DNA of 25,822 bases from Microcoleaceae cyanobacterium. GTDB lineage: Bacteria; Cyanobacteriota; Cyanobacteriia; Cyanobacteriales; Microcoleaceae. This document shows positions 10,067 through 18,340 of the stretch, in pieces. The translations under genes were made by a program, and so were the position numbers. Every line of letters starts with the position of its first letter. The stretch's first letter is position 1. Under the pieces are notes generated by a model. That model was not told the DNA's origin and made no database searches. It was given only the letters and a program-made list of their open reading frames with translations. Location of the stretch: NCBI GenBank assembly GCA_051652765.1, contig JBOFUV010000123.1, forward strand, positions 1 to 25,822, read 5' to 3'.

Positions 10067-11092
10067 ATGAATGGCAGATTTAACCCATCAACTTTGGAGA
10101 CCTTGAATAAAAATCCCGGCGGCAATACGGTTCTTCAACTGGCAAATGTTAGTTCCGATGTTCACCCAAGGATTCAACCTCCGAGCCCTGAGGAAATTGC
10201 CCAGGGATTGGGCTTGGACAAGAGCCAAGTTCATGACTTACGCTACATAGAGTTGAGAGGGGCTAAGCTTGCCGGTATTAATCTTGCTGGCCTGAACCTT
10301 GAAGGGGCTGATCTAGAAGAGGCCGATCTAAAAGGAGCCAACCTCAGCGGAACCAACTTGAGAAACGCAAATTTGAGGAAGGCGAATCTGCAAGGGATAG
10401 TAGCAACAGAGGTTAGCTTGAGAGGGGCAGATCTCAGCTATGCTCAGATGCAAGGATGCAGTTTAATTCGAGGGGATCTGGAAAATGCCTGTCTCTACTC
10501 GGCAAACTTAGCTTGTGATGCCAATCAGCGAACTCGTTTAGACTTTGCCAATTTAAAGTCAGCAAACTTGGCCCGTGCTAGTTTTCGAGGAGCTTCCCTG
10601 CTTTATGCCAATCTGACCGAAGCCAACCTCAGAAAAGCCAACTTTAACCCCTATCAAGTGAATTCAGATCATCCCTACTTTATGAGTGACTTGACCGGGG
10701 CAAATCTGTTGAATGCAAACCTTCGCAAAGTGCTGTTGAATCAGGCGATTTTAATTAAAGCAAACCTTAGAAATGCCAATCTCAGGCGAGGACAGCTCTA
10801 TAGGGCTAATTTAACCGAGGCCGATCTAACAAATGCCAACTTGAGTTATTGTGACCTAAGGATGGCATCCTGTGAAGGAGGAAATTTTTCTGGAGCAAAC
10901 TTGAATGATAGTGACCTAGCCAACGTGAGTTTTAAGCATTCGATCACTAAAAATATTCGGATTGAATCCACCGCCGAAGAGGATACAAATTTTACAGAGG
11001 CTTCCTTTGAAGCAACAGATTTAAGAACGGCTGAACTAAGTTATCAGGTGCAACAGGAAAATAAGGGTTCGAAGTGGCTGCGGTTTGATTAG
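10067..11092 (+). CDS. pentapeptide repeat protein
   Basis: Long A(D/N)Lxx runs; start placed at ATG 10067 behind AGGA. Confidence 0.9.
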   Translation: MNGRFNPSTLETLNKNPGGNTVLQLANVSSDVHPRIQPPSPEEIAQGLGLDKSQVHDLRYIELRGAKLAGINLAGLNLEGADLEEADLKGANLSGTNLRNANLRKANLQGIVATEVSLRGADLSYAQMQGCSLIRGDLENACLYSANLACDANQRTRLDFANLKSANLARASFRGASLLYANLTEANLRKANFNPYQVNSDHPYFMSDLTGANLLNANLRKVLLNQAILIKANLRNANLRRGQLYRANLTEADLTNANLSYCDLRMASCEGGNFSGANLNDSDLANVSFKHSITKNIRIESTAEEDTNFTEASFEATDLRTAELSYQVQQENKGSKWLRFD

Positions 11093-11201
11093 CCACTTGA
11101 CCCAATCAAGCGTTAAAGCGTTTTAGCGAAGTGACTAACCGGAGTACACCAATTTCACGGCGTAGAATAGAATTAGATAGCACATTGAGGTTTTTCTAGT
11201 C

Positions 11202-11378
11202 ATGGCAAATATCCAACCCCAACCCAAAGTTACTCCAAATCTACCAGAACCCAAGTTTGGATTTAACCAGTATGCTGAGCGTTTAAATGGTCGGGCTGCA
11301 ATGGTCGGCTTTGTGTTAGCTGTAGCAATCGAATATTTTACTGGACAGGGATTGCTAGTTTGGTTGGGCCTGACCTAG
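11202..11378 (+). CDS. hliD: high-light inducible protein (HliD/ScpE-like), 58 aa
   Basis: Manual translation MANIQPQPKVTPNLPEPKFGFNQYAERLNGRAAMVGFVLAVAIEYFTGQGLLVWLGLT*, with the ExxNGRxAM chlorophyll-binding motif. Not in the ORF track. Confidence 0.93.
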   Translation: MANIQPQPKVTPNLPEPKFGFNQYAERLNGRAAMVGFVLAVAIEYFTGQGLLVWLGLT

Positions 11379-11585
11379 GGGTCGGAAATCCTTCAAAGGT
11401 GCTTAAGTGTGTTGAGGTGAACTTTTTGTAGACCTTGACTGTCTTAGAATGACCGGCAGACTTTGAAGGCATGACTGGGGGTTAATCTATGGATGGATTC
11501 GCTCTGTTTTCACCTTAGCGTAGCCCCAGTTAGAGGGCAGACGTTCCTGAACGAATTTTCCTTAACAAATTTTGAACGAACTGTG

Positions 11586-11876
11586 ATGAACGCTTTGTGG
11601 CTACGTTTTTTAAGATCCTCTTACCGCCGCGAACCGATTGCCAGCTTCATTGTGACGGTTGGAGCTGTAGATGCGGTAATTGGCGGTGTTGGTGGAAGCT
11701 GGTCTTTGTTTAGCTTTGGACTGGGAACGGTCGGTTTGGCAATTGTGATTCGTCTCTGGCAAACCCAGCGCTCTAGAATTGAGGAACCTGAAACCGTGAG
11801 TGAATATTACTTACCTCCAAGTTCCTCCCGACCCAAACTCCCGCAATTATCTTCCCGACAATACCCGTCTGAATAA
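11586..11876 (+). CDS. conserved cyanobacterial small membrane protein
   Basis: YRREPIASFIVTVGAVDAVIGG, two hydrophobic segments and a YYLPPSSSRPKLP tail; start taken at ATG 11586. Confidence 0.75.
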   Translation: MNALWLRFLRSSYRREPIASFIVTVGAVDAVIGGVGGSWSLFSFGLGTVGLAIVIRLWQTQRSRIEEPETVSEYYLPPSSSRPKLPQLSSRQYPSE

Positions 11877-11883
11877 GGTTGGC

Positions 11884-12306
11884 ATGATCCGCACCATCAC
11901 TCAAGGATTAAAGATTGGCGATGTTGCTGCGCTAACTGGATTTTCGGTGAAAACAGTTCGCTACTATGAAAGTATTGGGTTGTTGACCCCAACGGTAGAG
12001 CGATCGCAGGCTGGATATCGTCTGTTTCATCCTCTGGTTCTAAATCGCTTAGCATTTGTCCGGCGGGCAAAGTCTCTGGGCCTAAGTTTGGATGAGATCC
12101 GAGAAATTCTGATCATTCGCGATCGCGGAGATTTGCCTTGTGATCAGGTAAAGCAGCGCTTGAATACCAAGATTGAGGCGATTACCCAACAAATAGAGGC
12201 CCTAGAAGGGTTGCGCTTGGAGTTACAGGATCTGGTCAACCATTGGCAAGATCATCCTTCCTCCCATAAAGCCGCCCAAACTATTTGCCCGAACCTACAG
12301 ACCTAG
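11884..12306 (+). CDS. MerR-family heavy-metal-responsive transcriptional regulator
   Basis: LKIGDVAALTGFSVKTVRYYESIGLL HTH, GYRLF, AKSLGLSLDEIREIL, and Cys in GDLPC and TICP. Confidence 0.92.
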   Translation: MIRTITQGLKIGDVAALTGFSVKTVRYYESIGLLTPTVERSQAGYRLFHPLVLNRLAFVRRAKSLGLSLDEIREILIIRDRGDLPCDQVKQRLNTKIEAITQQIEALEGLRLELQDLVNHWQDHPSSHKAAQTICPNLQT

Positions 12307-12413
12307 GGATTGGTTAACCTTGATGGATCGTGTCAGTTAGTGTGAATATGAGATCTAATATTGTAAGACCTAACATTCTCGAAGGCTTATTGGTTTTTTA
12401 GCACTAACCCAGC

Positions 12414-12647
12414 CTACAAAATTGATCTAAACAGATCACTAGTTTCAGAATTGGGTAAAAATACCGGATCAAAAAAAGGAAAGGAGCTGTTACCTTCCTT
12501 TCCCTCTTGTTGAGCTTGAGCTTTCAGTTGATTGCGTAGAGTCTGTTGCCGTTTGCGAAGCTGCCTTGCTCTGGCTGAACCGCCTTTCCCCTTTTGGTTT
12601 CTCCCTTGGCGACGAGGAGACTCCCAACTTTTGAGTCTTTGAGCCAT
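12414..12647 (-). CDS. small basic protein, candidate alternative ribosome-rescue factor
   Basis: GGGGAG Shine-Dalgarno before ATG 12647; Arg/Lys-rich with GRNQKGKGGSARARQLRKR; internal terminator. The function is an inference. Confidence 0.7.
   Translation of the reverse strand: MAQRLKSWESPRRQGRNQKGKGGSARARQLRKRQQTLRNQLKAQAQQEGKEGNSSFPFFDPVFLPNSETSDLFRSIL
12471..12506 (-). terminator. intrinsic terminator inside the 12414-12647 ORF
   Basis: Minus strand GGAAAGGA-AGGTAACAGC-TCCTTTCC followed by TTTTTTT. Confidence 0.75.
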
Positions 12648-12926
12648 AACGCTCCCCACCATTGCTATGTGATAGCTCTATGTTACAACATAGTTTGTTG
12701 TAGTGTCAAACTCTGACAGGATTGTGATTGGAATACGACAATCCTGAATCCCGCTTTGATTTTTTCGTAACTTATAGGGATACTTACAGGGATTTGAATC
12801 AGGTTATTGAAGTGAAGACGGGCCGGAAATAACCGTTTACAGTCTGGAAAAATACTGATTTTTCTGGTTTGATGCTCCTGAAATTTAGGGTATAAATAGA
12901 AGTGTAGGATTTGATGAGTAAACACA

Positions 12927-13142
12927 ATGTTTTCCAAAACTACAACTCCTATTGCTAATATTGATTCCTATCGGATTTATCTTGACAAGCTGGGCCAAAA
13001 TTTTGTAGGAGGTGTTGCTTTTCTAGCATTGCTTGTCGTTGCCAGTATCCCTTTAACCCTGTTTGCTTTATTGAGCATTCGAACTCAATCAGAGGTTGAG
13101 TTAGCGAATAAAACTGACTCCAACGTTAGCAAGACTCAGTAA
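12927..13142 (+). CDS. small hypothetical membrane protein
   Basis: 71 aa with one long hydrophobic segment; stop is 10 nt before the RidA start. Confidence 0.55.
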   Translation: MFSKTTTPIANIDSYRIYLDKLGQNFVGGVAFLALLVVASIPLTLFALLSIRTQSEVELANKTDSNVSKTQ

Positions 13143-13152
13143 ATCCGAAATC

Positions 13153-13545
13153 ATGCTGGAATACATTACCCTACCGAATAATCTCCTCCCGCCCGTTGCT
13201 CCCTACTCCCATGCTGTTCGGGCAGGAGATTTTTTATTTCTAACAGGTCAACTGGCTGAAGATCCAACCACGGGAGCAGTAGTTTTAGGAACCATTCAAG
13301 AACAGACCCTGCGAGTGATGGAAAATTTAAAACTGGTCTTGGATCATGCAGGAACAAGTTTTGCCCAAGTGGTAATGGCACGAATTTTTGTTACGGATTT
13401 TCGAGACTACGAATTAGTAAATCAAATTTATTCTTCCTACTTTATAGCAGAACGCTTGCCTTGCCGGACAACGGTTGGGGTGTTGGGATTGGCAGGGCAA
13501 GGAAATGTGGAAATTGATTTAATCGTATATTGTGGCAAGTCCTAG
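13153..13545 (+). CDS. RidA/YjgF family protein
   Basis: APYSHAVRAGDFLFLTGQ, PCRTTVGV and VEIDLI. Confidence 0.93.
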   Translation: MLEYITLPNNLLPPVAPYSHAVRAGDFLFLTGQLAEDPTTGAVVLGTIQEQTLRVMENLKLVLDHAGTSFAQVVMARIFVTDFRDYELVNQIYSSYFIAERLPCRTTVGVLGLAGQGNVEIDLIVYCGKS

Positions 13546-13712
13546 TTTTTGATCGGGATTGTAATGTTGCAACAGATAAACGCATATTAAATCTTGTTTC
13601 ATCTTCCCTCATACAACAGTCAGTTACGATTTGCCTTGCTCCATACTAGAGAGTAGCACTGGAATGTCAGTGGGAATTGGTTGATTAACTTTAATAAAAA
13701 TTTTTGGTCATT

Positions 13713-13997
13713 ATGAGAAAGCCTTCACAACTAACACGGTTGATCTGGGATTTTTATCGTGAGAATCAAGAAGAATTACAGCAGCTTAAATTGTTAGGAA
13801 AATGTAAAGTTTTTAGACGATGGGGAATCCTACACATCCAGTGCATGAATCAAGATTTAGCAGAATCAATCTCAAGAACCAAAGGACTGTTGAGGGAGCC
13901 TGTTTCTCAAATGCGCCTTGCTCAGAAAATCAAGATTTCTGTTCGGAATATAACTATTGTGGTATTTGACGTTAAGCCAGATACCATTACGGCTTAG
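13713..13997 (+). CDS. conserved cyanobacterial hypothetical protein
   Basis: 94-aa ORF with CKVFRRWGILHIQC and LREPVSQMRLAQKIKI. Confidence 0.7.
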   Translation: MRKPSQLTRLIWDFYRENQEELQQLKLLGKCKVFRRWGILHIQCMNQDLAESISRTKGLLREPVSQMRLAQKIKISVRNITIVVFDVKPDTITA

Positions 13998-14014
13998 GTT
14001 GCGCTTAAATCTTG

Positions 14015-14067
14015 GGTCGTGCATCAAAGTATGGTCGGATCATTTCCTAAGTCTTGCCAAGTCTAAG
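14015..14067. repeat. 53-bp direct repeat, copy 1
   Basis: GGTCGTGCATCAAAGTATGGTCGGATCATTTCCTAAGTCTTGCCAAGTCTAAG; 51/53 identical to 14940-14992. Confidence 0.95.
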
Positions 14068-14323
14068 GGACTGTAAGTTCAGCTCTTTCAATTCTCAGAG
14101 ATGTGGCCATCCATTGGAATGAATCCAATGTATTGATCGCGACTCTGCAATAGCTGATCCCATCCAGTTAAGTTAATGTGCTCCAAATGTTCCATTCGTA
14201 ACTGGTGTTGGTCAAATATCCAATACTTGATGCTTGGAATAAGGACGAAGCGAGAAATTTTCATTCGCCTCTCCAATGACTTGTTAGCTGGCTGGCTAGT
14301 ACAAATTACTTTACATTGCTGCA

Positions 14324-14662
14324 TCAGCTTACAGCAAACTCTGTGTAATGTCGCACATGAGGTGCCTGATATGCCAACACGATGTCTTGTTTCGGCACTC
14401 CCTTGTCTACTAATTGATCGGCAATTGCATCTTCAGTGCCATCATGTTGCACCCAAATTTTGCGATTCATAATATCAACATGTAATGCACAACCATAGAT
14501 TCGGGTACTGCTATCTTTCCATCCTAGATTTACAAGTTGATAGTGATCACCCTCTCGATCAAAAATTGTCTGACTTTTGATTGGATCACTGGGAGAGCGC
14601 AATTTTGCTCTCTCTGTTAGTGATTCCTGAATTAATTGACGATACAAATTCAACTTATCCAT
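14324..14662 (-). CDS. xisI: XisI family protein
   Basis: MDKLNLYRQLIQ, DHYQLVNLGW, KIWVQHDGTEDAIA and GVPKQDIVLAY. Confidence 0.93.
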   Translation of the reverse strand: MDKLNLYRQLIQESLTERAKLRSPSDPIKSQTIFDREGDHYQLVNLGWKDSSTRIYGCALHVDIMNRKIWVQHDGTEDAIADQLVDKGVPKQDIVLAYQAPHVRHYTEFAVS

Positions 14663-14808
14663 TGGGAAACCTCCTGTTTTTCTGTGTCATACACTAATAA
14701 CGGAATTTGGTTGCGCCGGATCACAGTTTGAATAAATGGATACTTGAAGAATCGCTTATAAATATCTAATGGAACTGCTAGGTACAATCGTCTATCTGCA
14801 TCTTCTTC
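14650..14808 (-). pseudogene. xisH: xisH, 3' fragment only
   Basis: EEDADRRLYLAVPLDIYKRFFKYPFIQTVIRRNQIPLLVYDTEKQEVSQWIS* overlaps the xisI start as in xisHI pairs; an in-frame stop lies immediately upstream and there is no start codon. Confidence 0.88.
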
Positions 14809-14939
14809 CTAGATTTTATCGTGTCAAGTTATGACGATTCAATGTTCGATCGCCCCCAGTGCTTTGAGTGCTTGCTCCTGGGCAGTAGCTAAGCTGGTGG
14901 CTGCGGTGATGTTCATGCCTTCGTGAGGGTGTTCTGCTC

Positions 14940-14992
14940 GGTCGTGCATCAAAGTATGGTTGGATCATTTCCTAAGTCTTGCCAAGTCCAAG
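14940..14992. repeat. 53-bp direct repeat, copy 2
   Basis: 51/53 identical to 14015-14067. Confidence 0.95.
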
Positions 14993-15164
14993 TTCAAATG
15001 GTGTAGAAACTCGAGCCACTGTGGTTGGGCAAAATAAACCTTCGACTTTGATGTTTATGAATCCAGGCACCCTCACAAATGGAGATTATCTCTTGGAGGT
15101 TCGGGCTTTAACAGGTCAGGATATTCGTTCAGGTCAGTTAGAAAATACGCTAAGTGTTGCTTAA
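14993..15164 (+). pseudogene. C-terminal fragment of a DUF4469-like (Ig-fold) protein
   Basis: QNKPSTLMFMNPGTLTNGDYLLEVRA...DIRSG resembles DUF4469; the frame is cut at the 53-bp repeat. Confidence 0.6.
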
Positions 15165-15178
15165 AATTCTGACGCTCT

Positions 15179-15319
15179 GCGATGTGCAACTAACGTCATC
15201 CCCCATCCCCCAGCCCCTTCTCCCAAGGCAGGAGAAGGGGAGCCAGAATCGGTTAAAGTCCCTCTCCCAGAGCGGGAGAGGGATTTAGGGTGAGGGCAAT
15301 CAGGAAAGTTGCACATCGC
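15179..15319. mobile_element. MITE/REP-like palindromic element
   Basis: Perfect 13-bp terminal inverted repeats GCGATGTGCAACT / AGTTGCACATCGC enclosing hairpins CCCCTTCTCC..GGAGAAGGGG and TCCCTCTCCC..GGGAGAGGGA. Confidence 0.8.
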
Positions 15320-15407
15320 GTGACGTTGGAACTTAGCATACTTTCCCGCTGAGTTGGCATCATGTTCAGGTTGATAATGGATCAACTTGCACGTGATCTC
15401 AGGTCAT

Positions 15408-15605
15408 CTTCAAGCTGAAGTTACTCACACTTCAAGCTGAAGTTACTCACACTTCAACCTGAACTTACTCACACTTCAAGTTAAAGTTACTCACACTTCA
15501 AGCTAAACTTACTCTGAACTCAAGCTAAAGTGACTCTGAACTCAAGTTAAAGTTACTCACACTTCAAGCTGAACTTACTCTAAACTCAACTTGAACTTTT
15601 CATAA
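15408..15605. repeat. 22-bp tandem repeat, about 9 units
   Basis: Consensus CTTCAAGCTGAAGTTACTCACA; units start at 15408, 15430, 15452, 15474, 15496, 15518, 15540, 15562 and 15584. Confidence 0.95.
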
Positions 15606-15656
15606 AACCTGCCCTGAATTTTCCATAAAATAAAGCTTGAGTTTTTATAAAAAGCC

Positions 15657-15848
15657 TTAGAGTTTTTCAAAAACCTGATAAGGCCACTTCAATATCTCCC
15701 AATTATCAGGGGACGCTACAGGTTCAAACGGTTCTTCATACTGTAGGACATTGCCTTGCAAGGTGTTTACTGGATGTAGGATTTTCTGTTCAGTTGATAT
15801 TTTTGCTGTTCTGCTTTTTGCAGCCCGCCTGAGCCAGGTTAAAAGCAT
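15657..15848 (-). pseudogene. probable fragment of a small antitoxin-like hypothetical protein
   Basis: TLQGNVLQYEEPFEPVASPDNWEILK resembles the C-terminus of small cyanobacterial antitoxin-like proteins; the N-terminus is doubtful. Confidence 0.4.
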
Positions 15849-15946
15849 TCATAAACTGGCATCATGAAATTGTTTTGCATAGAAATATAACGAATCGACA
15901 GGCAACTGCTGACTCAAACTCGCCAACAATCTCTGCTGCGCTGGCA

Positions 15947-16032
15947 TACTAGCGTCCCCAATCAGCGGCGGCTAACAACCTTCGCGATGCACCAGTAGCT
16001 ATCAACCGTCCGCTGCATTTGAATTGTTAGCC
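15947..16032 (-). other. attC-like integron cassette recombination site (86 bp, R' box degenerate)
   Basis: GGCTAAC-AATTCAAATGCAGCGG...CCGCTGATTGGGGAC-GCTAGTA at the 3' end of the BrnA-like gene. Confidence 0.7.
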
Positions 16033-16259
16033 TGTGCCGTTGGAGCGATCACCTGATTATCCTGCATCACTCTAATCAAGAATCTTAGCGCCTCATTAAC
16101 CGCATCAGCATTAGGAAACATCTCTGCGACATCAGGTTCTAACCGTACAGTGGTTCCACCAAAGCTTTTTCTTCCAGAACCTAACCTTCTAACTCGGAGG
16201 CTCTTGAAGTCGTACTCCGTCCGTAGATCATCTTCCATTTCTGACTTATCCCTCTTCAT
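16002..16259 (-). CDS. BrnA-like antitoxin partner
   Basis: DDLRTEYDF...VRLEPDVAEMFPNADAVNEALRFL; start overlaps the end of the BrnT gene. Confidence 0.8.
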   Translation of the reverse strand: MKRDKSEMEDDLRTEYDFKSLRVRRLGSGRKSFGGTTVRLEPDVAEMFPNADAVNEALRFLIRVMQDNQVIAPTAQANNSNAADG

Positions 16260-16518
16260 AAGCTTCTCGTTCGGTTCGTGTGACTTCTCTTGCGCTGATG
16301 AGGCGAATTGCATCTCCTCTTTCGGTATACGACACAATCAACAATTGTCCTCGGCTCGATTGCCCGACGATAAGGTAACGCTCCTCATCCTCAGAGTGGT
16401 CTGGGTCGTAGAAGTCAACATAGAGAGGATCATCAAAAACAGTTTTTGCTTCCTCAAATGAGACTCCATGCTTTGATAGATTGCGTTCTGCCTTGTTTTC
16501 ATCCCAGTCAAACTGCAT
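16246..16518 (-). CDS. BrnT family toxin (DUF497)
   Basis: MQFDWDENKAERNLSKHGVSFEEA...IRLISAR. Confidence 0.93.
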   Translation of the reverse strand: MQFDWDENKAERNLSKHGVSFEEAKTVFDDPLYVDFYDPDHSEDEERYLIVGQSSRGQLLIVSYTERGDAIRLISAREVTRTEREAYEEG

Positions 16519-16865
16519 AAAGCTATTGTATCGCTACTCACTTAAACTGATTGTACGTTTTGATCTGGAAGAGATTTAACCGCACGACAAAGATCGGCGA
16601 TCGACACAATGGCTATCCAAGTGTTAGATCCGTGATTGCCAGAGAGAATAAGTTCATGGACAGCATCATCTGCAAAAAAGCCAGTCCTACAGGGATTTGC
16701 ATGGGCGATTTTGTTCAATGCCTCTCTAAGTGGAAGAGGCTCGAAGCCAGTTTTCCCACTGTAAGGTGGTCGATAGCTATTTAACGTAGCCGAGACTTCA
16801 CTGGTGTTAGCAGAGCGTTTCAAAGCACCAACAGTTGTACGAATAGGAGGAATGCCGCCAACATC

Positions 16866-17051
16866 CTATTCTGAGCGGATTGAAAGAGCTAGCATCCGCA
16901 ATATTTCAATACCTCTTTCAGACGATTCCTGTAATATTTTCTCTCGGATTTGTTGATCTAGCTTCGATTTGTTTATGTAAGCGTCTCTAAAGTCTTGGCT
17001 GAGTACTTCTAACTCCTCAGCGCATTCATGGAGTGTTCTTCGTTTCCACAT
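16866..17051 (-). CDS. short hypothetical protein or cassette fragment
   Basis: 61-aa ORF starting just downstream of the 17108-17193 attC, co-oriented with the other cassettes. Confidence 0.35.
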   Translation of the reverse strand: MWKRRTLHECAEELEVLSQDFRDAYINKSKLDQQIREKILQESSERGIEILRMLALSIRSE

Positions 17052-17107
17052 CCTGAAGTTACCGCCCCTAAATTAGAAAATCTTGGATAATACAGGGTTT
17101 CTAAGCA

Positions 17108-17193
17108 GGCTAACGTTCGTGTTGAGCGGTTGCCAGAAAGCTCCGCAATGCACTAGAAAACTGAATAAATCCGCTCCAACACGGTTGTTGTGC
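17108..17193 (-). other. attC-like integron cassette recombination site (86 bp)
   Basis: GCACAAC-AACCGTGTTGGAGCGG...CCGCTCAACACGAAC-GTTAGCC: AAC/GTT cores and a stem with one extrahelical base, 5 nt after the VOC stop codon. Confidence 0.8.
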
Positions 17194-17198
17194 TGCGA

Positions 17199-17567
17199 TC
17201 ACTCACCAATAAACTCCAGAAACTCTATGCGATTACCAAACGGGTCTATCACATAAACTTGACGGTAACTTTTAACCTCTTCACCAACCGTAATTCTATA
17301 TCCGGCTGACTCACATCGACTGACAAGTTCATCCAAATCTTCAACCAGCAACCCAGGATGAGCTTTCGTCGCTGGACAAAAATTACGATCAACACCCAAA
17401 TGAAGCTTTAAGTCGCCCTGCTCAAACCAAACGCCTCCCCGCTGGACTAGATGTTCAGGCTTCGGCTTTTCTCTAAGTCCAAGAATTTCCCCATAAAATA
17501 TTCTTGCTAGATCTTCGCTATTCGGAGGAATTGCGAGTTGAACGTGATCGATAGCATAAACTCTCAT
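17199..17567 (-). CDS. VOC/glyoxalase family protein
   Basis: IDHVQLAIP, FYGEILGL, KAHPGLLV and DPFGNRIEF. Confidence 0.93.
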   Translation of the reverse strand: MRVYAIDHVQLAIPPNSEDLARIFYGEILGLREKPKPEHLVQRGGVWFEQGDLKLHLGVDRNFCPATKAHPGLLVEDLDELVSRCESAGYRITVGEEVKSYRQVYVIDPFGNRIEFLEFIGE

Positions 17568-17778
17568 GTGCTGACTCTTGATCGCAACCGTGAATGAACA
17601 GCTATCTACATATTGCTTTGACGTTCCCTTTCCTCATCACCCACATCGACAATCTCCAAATCGCGTGATGCTGAGTGACTGACAGATAGATTTCAAGCTA
17701 CTACCACAACCCGGAATACGAGCGGCACAACTAGTTATTATATTGAAATTTTCTTCATAACCAACGCTTTTGGGATGA

Positions 17779-17882
17779 TTACCCTGAAACTTTCCAGATA
17801 ATCCACCCTGACAGTGCAATTACACTGAAACTTTCTAGATATACATCCTAAATTTGAGGATTACCCTGAAATTTTCCGGATA
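17779..17882. repeat. three 22-bp repeats at an exact 41-bp period
   Basis: TTACCCTGAAACTTTCCAGATA (17779), TTACACTGAAACTTTCTAGATA (17820), TTACCCTGAAATTTTCCGGATA (17861). Confidence 0.85.
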
Positions 17883-17952
17883 TTCTTCGATGAAACACAG
17901 CAATATTTGGATTAGCATCCAATCGTGAAGATTTTAGATTAAACCTCTCCGT

Positions 17953-18110
17953 CTTTCCCGCTGAGTTGACATCATGTTCAGGTTGATGATGGATCAACTT
18001 GAGCGTGATCTTACCCTAAACTCAAGTTAGAGCTACTCACACTTCAAGCTGAACTTACTCTAAACTCAGCTTAAACTTTCTATAAAATCAAACTCGAGTT
18101 TTTATAAAAG
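17953..18110. repeat. shorter second copy of the 15341-15655 block
   Basis: CTTTCCCGCTGAGTTGRCATCATGTTCAGGTTGATRATGGATCAACTTG..., about 3 of the 22-bp units, and the same GAGTTTTTATAAAA tail. Confidence 0.9.
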
Positions 18111-18242
18111 TCTTTAGGACTTACGTAGTTAAGCATTCTTTGGCCCCCCAGCCCCAGTCTTGTTGAAGAATCTTTTTGAAAACTCTCCGGAATACCCAGG
18201 GGAAAAGCGGAAGACATCAATAGTAGATGCACCCTGGTCAAT

Positions 18243-18275
18243 ATCCCTCTGCAATTTGTAGAGGGATTTCTTTTT
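18243..18275 (+). terminator. intrinsic terminator
   Basis: ATCCCTCTGCA-ATT-TGTAGAGGGAT followed by TTCTTTTT. Confidence 0.7.
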
Positions 18276-18340
18276 GTCTAGGCCGTTTCGCAAAGCTCTC
18301 AACTGAGAGGTTAACGATTCAGGCGACTTGAGCCAAATCC

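Noticed and set aside
14324..14808. Functional heterocyst fdxN excision element
   Set aside because: There is no XisF recombinase or interrupted nif gene, xisH is truncated, and xisHI pairs are commonly dispersed.
15408..15605. CRISPR array
   Set aside because: The units are contiguous tandem repeats without unique spacers, and there are no cas genes in the window.
16542..16860. ORFs 16542-16823 and 16551-16784, and a possible further attC near 16779-16842
   Set aside because: No recognisable protein features, and the pairing is too weak to call an attC.
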